From the NCBI GenBank assembly GCA_002104905.1, contig MCFE01000560.1, forward strand, positions 1-57,919: a DNA stretch of 57,919 nt, in the 5' to 3' direction. The notes below the pieces were generated by a model that worked only from the letters and a program-made list of their open reading frames with translations, made no database searches and had not been told where the DNA came from. Made by a program: the position numbers and the translations under genes. Positions 51,101 to 57,919 of the stretch are shown in pieces. The stretch's first letter is position 1. Every line of letters starts with the position of its first letter. Origin of the DNA: Basidiobolus meristosporus CBS 931.73 (lineage: Eukaryota; Fungi; Basidiobolomycota).

Positions 51101-52803
51101 GATCAATTTTCACTCCAGCAATTAGCTGATCTTTGATCATTTTGTGCAAATAATCAAAATTAATGTGTCCAAATCTCCTGTGACAAAGCATTGGTGTTTC
51201 TTCATTTAAGTTACTTATATTGGCTTCCAAATATGATAGAATATAAGTCAACTTGTATAGATTCTGATCAATGATGCCCAAAGCAATATGGGCACCATTT
51301 TGATCAGTGATCCTGCATCCAGAATTGTCAAAACTGAAACTGAGTCCTTCTGCTGTGGCCTTGCTTACAGAGAGTAGGTTCTGGGCTATTTCTGGTACAT
51401 AGAGTACTTCTTTAAAGGTCAGTGTATGGCTTCCTTCACTGCTTCTAAGGTTTACTTGGATGGTTCCTTCTTGCACTGCATCAAGTGTTCTATTGTCACC
51501 CACAAAAACCTTCTTAATTAGAATTTCTTGATATTGGGTAAAAAGTTCTTTTTGGTGTTTAAAGTGTTGAGATGCTCCAGAGTCAATATACCACGCCTGA
51601 TAATCCTTGTTTGTGGTCATATTTAGTTCAGATATGAACAGTCTATCTTCAGTTGTTGCAGCATTTCCATATTCAGGCTTCTTTTGCTGATAATCTCTCT
51701 TTTTGAGACACTGGTCTGATGTGTGTCCTTTCCTTTTGCAGTAGTTACAAAACAGGTTGCTGTTGCCTTTGTAGGGTCTTGGGTACCTCCTTTGTTGGTT
51801 ATCATTGCTTATTAAAGCGTATTCTTCTTCCTTCTTATTGGCGCTTGTTTTTCTTAATTCTTTGTCCAGGAGCCTTCCATATACATAATTTAAGGTCAAA
51901 TCTTCAGTTCTGGACTCTAGGGCTGATACAAGGCTTTGAAAATTGTCTTTCAGGCTATTCAGGATGGTAACTATCACATCCTCATCAGTAGTTGGTACGC
52001 CCACAGATTCCATCTCATCTACCAGCAGGGTAATTCTGTTAATTAGATTTTTCATTTCTTCTCCTGGCAGCATCTTTGTAGTAAAGAATTTTTGTCTCAG
52101 ATACATTTTCTTGGCAGCTGAACATGACTGGTAGGTGTCTTCCAATGCTTTCCAGGCATTCTTTGCTGTTTTTGCTCTTGAGCATTGAATTAGCAATTTG
52201 TCCTTGACATTAAGGCAAATGCAGTCAAAGGCACTTTGTTCTTTCTTCTGGTACTTTAAGGCTTCCTCTCCCACTTTTTTAGGAGGGCATTTTTCTCCCA
52301 TGGCAATATCCCAAAGGCCTCTTTCTTGTAGCAGCATCTTCATCTTCACCTTCCACACTTGGTAGTTAGATCCATCCAACTTTTCAGCAGAGGAAAAAAT
52401 TCCAGTAATAGTAGTAGTAGAAATTGCAGAGAGTGACAGCTTGGGGCTCATAACCTGTTGTAAGAGTCTTGGAGATATTGGAAGTGATTTGGAGAACAAG
52501 TAGATTATGTGGTTTTCACTCAATGATTTATTGAATGTAAAAGTAGTATTATACTTTTACCTGGTCTTGGCATTATAAACATGTAGAATAGGCTTAGGAA
52601 GGTCCCAAGAACATGTATGCAAAGTTTGGGGCTGTTTGGACAATTTTGAGAATTTTCATGTTCTGGGTACCTGGTATTTTGGTGAAAATATTCTAAGTAA
52701 ATCCCAACAAGGAATTTGATAAGTATTCCCTAGGATTTGAAGGTGATGATCTAAGCGACTAAGTCAGGTGAATATTTAGGTGGAAATACAAATTTTTACA
52801 ACA
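48124..52803 (-). mobile_element. Ty1/copia B, full-length, defective, no matching TSD
   Basis: LTRs 48124-48472 and 52456-52803 (about 7% divergent by eye), PBS 52444-52455, PPT at 48473. Flanks are CAAGC versus ATTAT. Confidence 0.93.
48445..52440 (-). pseudogene. gag-pol: Copia B gag-pol
   Basis: LDGSNY, CNYCKRKGHTSDQC, WYIDSGAS, RRFGH, YVDD, DADWG, TEAEY, ADIFTKPL; the integrase region is frameshifted. Confidence 0.93.
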
Positions 52804-52831
52804 ATTATTGCAGTCTTTCAGCGCTCTATTA

Positions 52832-55756
52832 CTATTTTAAGTGGATCCAGTTGGCCAGGACTTCCAATTGCCTTATATGGCAAGAAACTTGATGGTATTT
52901 TGACGGCCTCACAGCGGGACTCTGGTGGCTTTTTTTTGGCAGTATGACGGCCTGCTGCTGGTTATGTATAATGCTACCATACCAATTTACTAAATGGTAT
53001 TTCCCTTTTCTACCTCCCCTTGTGCAGTTCATATATTCCACTGTAGAATCACCTTTCTTTATTTGCTTACCCACTACTTCCTTGGGTACTCCACATATAG
53101 TTCAAATCAAAAAAAATTATGGCCTCCTGCTTACTAACCTCTACAAACGCACACACCTGCCGCAATTGACATACTTCTATCACCTCAACTTTATGGCTTT
53201 TTAATGTGATACTTGCAAAGTTGCCATATACCTTGTACTGCTGGTAGCATATACATCTTGCAAACATATGCTTGGTTGTTGCCACTTCTGCCATGAATAC
53301 CTCCTGAATATTGGCAAAGAACTTCTTGGTATTTAGCCAATATATTCCTTCTCCCTGCTGGATTCTAGTCCCCCTTATAGGTGCGCTCTGGCTTTTGTTT
53401 GTGTGAATTCTGTATTGAATGGTGTAGAAGTTGGCTTGTGACCACAAGAAATCCGGCATATCTTGGTGGAGTTTTCCTGATCAAAATTAGTTGCTTGTTG
53501 CACCCAACCCAACTTTGCATTACTTAACTGATTACCCATGCATTGGGGCTGCTTAGCTTCTTAATGCCATAGGCATAGGTGTCTCCATGTGCGCATTTGT
53601 CCTCAGTATATTCCAACTCTTTCTGGCTGTCCTCCATGTGCCAACTCATCACATCTATGACAGACTTGAAGGTAATATTCTTGATGAGATGGGGATATGG
53701 TAGTACCTGCAACTTGACTTGTCTTCCTATCTCCCCACACATCCGCTCCATAGGAAACTCCCAAAGGTGAAGCAAGGCCCAATATTCTCCACACACCATG
53801 CAAGATGGAGTTGAGAATGGATACAGTAGTGGCAGAGATCTACACGTTCAGCTTTATGTTTGTAGTATAGCCACTCAAATCCCATCACAAACTCCTCACA
53901 CAACAGCTGTAGATGCGTCAAGTTGGCATTGGTGATCTGCTTCTGGATAAATATTCCTACAATGTCCACATATGACTCCCAATGCTTCCAATGTACTCTT
54001 GGTAGGAATGGCTTCAGAACACCACTTGAATAAATACATATCCAGATCATCCAGTCTTTGCATTTGTATTGTTGCATATGCGTATGAATATTAATTGGAG
54101 CCTTTGAGAAGTACTTAGGGTAGCGGATACTCTGTAATATCTTGCCAATTTTTTCAAATTTCTCCGGTATCTCAAAGGGCTCATTTAGCTTGAAATGCCC
54201 CATGTACAACTTAGTCATCAGTATAGGGATATTGTTGAAGAGCAAATGCATTGCTCCCAGTGGAATGCTTTTGCTCCAACAGATACCCTCTATCTTAAGT
54301 ATCTCTGGTTTCCAACTGATTCCATATTCTGGCCAATGGCTTATAGCTTGCCAACTTTGCTGCAATTGCATGCTTACCTCTGTACATTCTCTCTGTGGAA
54401 AGATGATGTTCTTAGTGCTGGTGTTTGGGTAATAATAATGTGTGTGAGTTATGGAGTAAATCCCTTGGATCTCACGCATTTGACAGTAATACCGTCCATT
54501 GTGCCCGGAAAAACCTGCTATCTTGCTGATGGCTGGGGTATCTCCAATGCAGATAATAATATGCGCTTTTACATGACGGCCATTCACCGTTATCCTGCTG
54601 GAAAGCATACAAAGTTCATTCGCAATGGATACAGGTAGCTATCCAGGTTGGGTGGTGATTTAGGCCCAGATACCAGTGAGACTACCATCAGATTATTGCT
54701 CTGATACCGTAAGATGGGCGGCAGATTCAGATTGATGAGAATCAGTGGCCAGCAGGATTTGCCGGTAGAGTACTTGTTTAATGAGAATCCATCAAGTGCT
54801 AAAGCAAAGGCATGGTCATACATACCTTCAAAGTAGCCCTTGCTTCTTAGCTGTTTGTAATGTTTGCCATTGAATATATTGGATATGTTTGCGCTTGATT
54901 GATACTGAGTGCAATACTGTATAGCTTTGCAATATCTGTCAGACTGCATCAGCTTCCTCAGATGGGGTATGACCAAAATATATATGGAGTGTGAACAATG
55001 CTTTCCCTCAATGGTGGTGGATTCCTGACAATTTGGACATGTTGCAATGGTAGCATTTTTGGATGTGAATGCCATGCAACTGTTAACACATGCTGGAATC
55101 AGGACAGTCTCTGGATCATATGTTGCCAGCTGCATGATGGCTGTCCACTTGTACCATGTACATGGTAAGTTGCATCCCAGTATGATTTTGGCAAGAAGTA
55201 GTAATAAATCCTCAAAGCCCCCATTACTGATATTAGTGGAAATGCGCTACTTCTCTAGCCACAACATCACATCATTCACCAGTAGATGGATTACTGGGCT
55301 CACTTGGCTCCATAAAGTATCCTTGGCATTTGTCTCAATGGGTGTTGTCTCATTGCATACAGGGATTTGACTGGGCTCATATGTGGTACTGTTGTTAGGC
55401 AAGATAGGCTCAAAATCCATTAGTGAACCTTCTTTGTCAGAGTTATCACTCTGCATGCCATATTCAGAAGGCTGAGGTGAGCCTAAAGGCATCACAAACT
55501 CACCTGACTCAGTTTGCGCAAGGTGACAAAGACAGCCAGGTGCCAATATAGAAGTATCAACTGGCCAGCAAGATAATGTTGGTACAGTAGTGACCAATGA
55601 ATGGTCAAATATGACTTGGGTGGCAAAACACTGGTGGTGATCCTTGTAATATTTCCTATGCTGTCTGCATGCTTCATGGCTGAGAGACTTGCCACAATAG
55701 CCACATGGTCTTTTTTCTCTTCTCTTACAGCATTGAGTCAAAGTAGTCTTGTCCAT
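52832..55756 (-). pseudogene. Most complete Tnp2-type (CACTA/EnSpm-like) transposase, unit U7
   Basis: N-terminal CGYC...C..H zinc finger, ALALDGFS, CWPLILINLNLPP, GPKSPPNLDSYLYP, CIGDTPA, GAMHLLFNN, WEFPMERMCG. About 6 stops/frameshifts. Confidence 0.85.
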
Positions 55757-55978
55757 GGGGCAAACAGTTTGACCTTCAACAATGTAATGCTATTATATCA
55801 CTTTTTGGTCAATAGTCATGTGAACTTAAGACAGTCTTGTACTTGAGACATTGCACCTACATGAATGTAAGATTCAATGGTGACCTGCCATAGTAAGCAT
55901 TATAAATAAAGTTGTGGCACCACATACACACGTATATGTAACACTATTTCCCCTTTGGTTTGACTCACTTCCATATAT
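55757..55978. promoter_or_regulatory. Putative bidirectional promoter between transposase and ORF2
   Basis: 222 bp between divergent ATGs. TATAAATAAA at 55901; the block is conserved in U2 (about 11145-11365) and at about 47830-48045. Confidence 0.45.
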
Positions 55979-57919
55979 ATGCCGCCAAAAAATAAAGCAA
56001 AGTTGTCTGGTTCTCAACCAAACCCCACTGCTGACAGCAACAGAAGAATGGTAGGACATCAGCTTGCTTTGACATTCATTGCAACAAGCAGGGCTACATC
56101 CAAAAAAGGCCCTGTGGACAGTGTGCTCATTGAAGGTAATAATGCGGACTCCTCAGGCTCTCAGTCAAGTAGGCAATTGAGAACCTCTGTGGAGCCACAA
56201 GCTGACTGTTATGCTCAGGCAGATGAGAATTTAGCAAACACAGTACCCTCTGTTGAAGATCAGCAAGTGGCCATGATAACGTCACCACCACCCATATTAG
56301 CAAGTATGTTCTCAGCTCATACCAAAGCATTAATGAAGCAATTAGGTGCAGTGGCTGATAGGATAGATGTAATGGCCCAGAGAAATCAGGAAGTAGTCCA
56401 GAAACAGGATGAGCCAATAATATGTGTAGAGCAATCAATATCCCAGGTAGAGAAAGCAGTATCTTTGCTGCAAAGAAGGAACTCAAGTAGCTCAATGTCA
56501 CAGCCAAGAATTGAGCCATTTCCTGATGTAACAGCAGAGAAACACCATACAGTCTTTAAAGCACAACAACAGTGCACAAAGATAAAGCCCACAGAAAAAC
56601 CTATCACAGCATGGGAGGGAGACAATGTGGTGTTTATACCAAAGCCTAAAAATCAAAAGACATTGAAGATCCGTGAAGCTGTTGAGTGCAATAATGAAGA
56701 GTGGGCTAATATACAAGAGGCAGTCAGAAGTCTAGCATGCCATCACCTTAAGGCCGGCATACCATGGGACCATCAGGAACTCAAGTCCAAGCAGAATGCA
56801 CTTGACTTGTTCCATGAGCATTATCCTGGATTCAAATGGGCAAACAGATTTTGGGCCAGCATTGGTATGCTAAGAAAGTATCTTGAGAATAGCAGAAACT
56901 ATCAAAGGCAGAAGAACAAGGGTGCCATGGCTAAAAACCAGCAGCTTCCTCAAGAACCTGTTACAAGCAGGGCCAAAAGCTCCAGACAAGCGTCAAAGAG
57001 ATGTCAGGCAGCTGGAAGAGTGCCAATTAAGGACAAGCAGGCAGACATGGATGCACCAGCACAACATTTATCAAAAAAAAAGCGTAGTACCACTCAAGAA
57101 GCACCCAGTCAAAGTAGTAGTGAAGGACCTGGCAGTGATAAAAACCAGCCACTTTTACAGGAGCCCATCACAACTACAGTTGAGAGCTCAAAACAAGCTG
57201 AAAAGAAATGTCAGGTTGCCAGAAGAGAGCCAGCAAGGGACAAGCAGGCCAAAACAGATGTGTCAGAGCAGAATTTATCCAGGAGAAAATGTAGTTGTTT
57301 ACAAGAAGCACTCAGACAAAGTAGCAGTGAAAGACCTGGCAGTGATAAAGGAAAAGGTAAAGGGAAAAATGTCTACCCAAGCCTGAGACAGGGAGGCATG
57401 CCAAAAAAACTGCAGTTCTTGCCAATTAATGCTGCAAGCCAGGAACAAACTGAATCCCATCATAGCCAAGAAGAATTACCAACAAGAAAACAGCTGTTTT
57501 CACAAGACTTGGAAGCGCACCCAGTTGAGCTACACTCCAGCAAGGTAGATGAGTTTGCTGAAAAAGGCAATTTGTCTACCACAGCCTCCACAGCCTCCAT
57601 TGTTGACAGAGTGGAGATCCCACTGACAGACAAGGCTACAACGTCAAGAGCTCAAAAGACTATCACAATGCCTTCAGTGGAGTTTTGGAACATTAATAGG
57701 CACACCAAGAGGTTGCAGCACTTCTTCAAGAGCAGTGCTCAAGAAAATGTACTGGAATATTGCAAGGATTTATTGCAAAGACTGGCAGATGAGGAGCTAG
57801 ACCTTGCAGTGCCAGCTGAAGACCAGGACATGTGGGAACCAGTGAATGAACAGTGGCATAAAGCCGTTGGGTTCCTGCTAAAGTCATGGAACCAGAGCGT
57901 TACAGCAGAAATACATATT
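55979..57919 (+). CDS. Intact ORF2 (at least 647 aa, 3' end beyond the window), uncharacterised transposon-associated protein
   Basis: Translated codon by codon: MPPKNKAKLSGSQPNP...coiled-coil-like segment...EEWANIQEAVRSLACHHLKAGIPWDHQELKSKQNALDLFHEHYPGFKWANRFWASIGMLRKYLENSRNYQRQK...two 69-aa repeats...WHKAVGFLLKSWNQSVTAEIHI. No stop; an in-frame TGA lies just upstream. Confidence 0.85.
   Translation, partial: MPPKNKAKLSGSQPNPTADSNRRMVGHQLALTFIATSRATSKKGPVDSVLIEGNNADSSGSQSSRQLRTSVEPQADCYAQADENLANTVPSVEDQQVAMITSPPPILASMFSAHTKALMKQLGAVADRIDVMAQRNQEVVQKQDEPIICVEQSISQVEKAVSLLQRRNSSSSMSQPRIEPFPDVTAEKHHTVFKAQQQCTKIKPTEKPITAWEGDNVVFIPKPKNQKTLKIREAVECNNEEWANIQEAVRSLACHHLKAGIPWDHQELKSKQNALDLFHEHYPGFKWANRFWASIGMLRKYLENSRNYQRQKNKGAMAKNQQLPQEPVTSRAKSSRQASKRCQAAGRVPIKDKQADMDAPAQHLSKKKRSTTQEAPSQSSSEGPGSDKNQPLLQEPITTTVESSKQAEKKCQVARREPARDKQAKTDVSEQNLSRRKCSCLQEALRQSSSERPGSDKGKGKGKNVYPSLRQGGMPKKLQFLPINAASQEQTESHHSQEELPTRKQLFSQDLEAHPVELHSSKVDEFAEKGNLSTTASTASIVDRVEIPLTDKATTSRAQKTITMPSVEFWNINRHTKRLQHFFKSSAQENVLEYCKDLLQRLADEELDLAVPAEDQDMWEPVNEQWHKAVGFLLKSWNQSVTAEIHI

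Noticed and set aside
55760-55851. Upstream ATG or 5' intron for the transposase
   Set aside because: A conserved AG precedes an open stretch, but no convincing conserved GT donor was found and the ATG-55851 frame has several stops; left unresolved.
700-57386. The many 60-170 aa ORFs antisense or off-frame to TE genes (e.g. 1111..1377, 4504..4788, 36543..37067, 56127..56519, 56883..57386)
   Set aside because: They shadow real TE reading frames and have no motifs; 56883..57386 is an alternative frame of ORF2.

Overview
Eukaryotic, gene-free, repeat-saturated window, most consistent with heterochromatin of a fungus (inferred from the TE families, a short GT-AG intron and strong CpG decay; the taxon cannot be fixed from sequence alone). 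No host gene, rRNA, tRNA gene or CRISPR array was found. The backbone is at least 7 fragments of one DNA-transposon family: a CACTA/EnSpm-like (Tnp2-type) transposase paired head-to-head with an uncharacterised second gene, ORF2. The last ORF2 copy (55979 to the window end, at least 647 codons) is fully open and is missing from the ORF track because it has no stop in the window. Nested in this backbone are: two young Ty3/gypsy copies (G1 159-6496, which has an extra ~389-codon ORF between integrase and the 3' LTR, and rearranged G2 34662-38165); an older gypsy host (H); Ty1/copia families A (12883-17604, chimeric 24967-33531) and B (48124-52803); a complete piggyBac-like element (30743-33236); at least 4 solo LTRs; and a ~730-bp fold-back MITE family. 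Most boundaries were read directly from TG..CA ends, TIRs and target-site duplications (TSDs). Coordinates of old relics are approximate.
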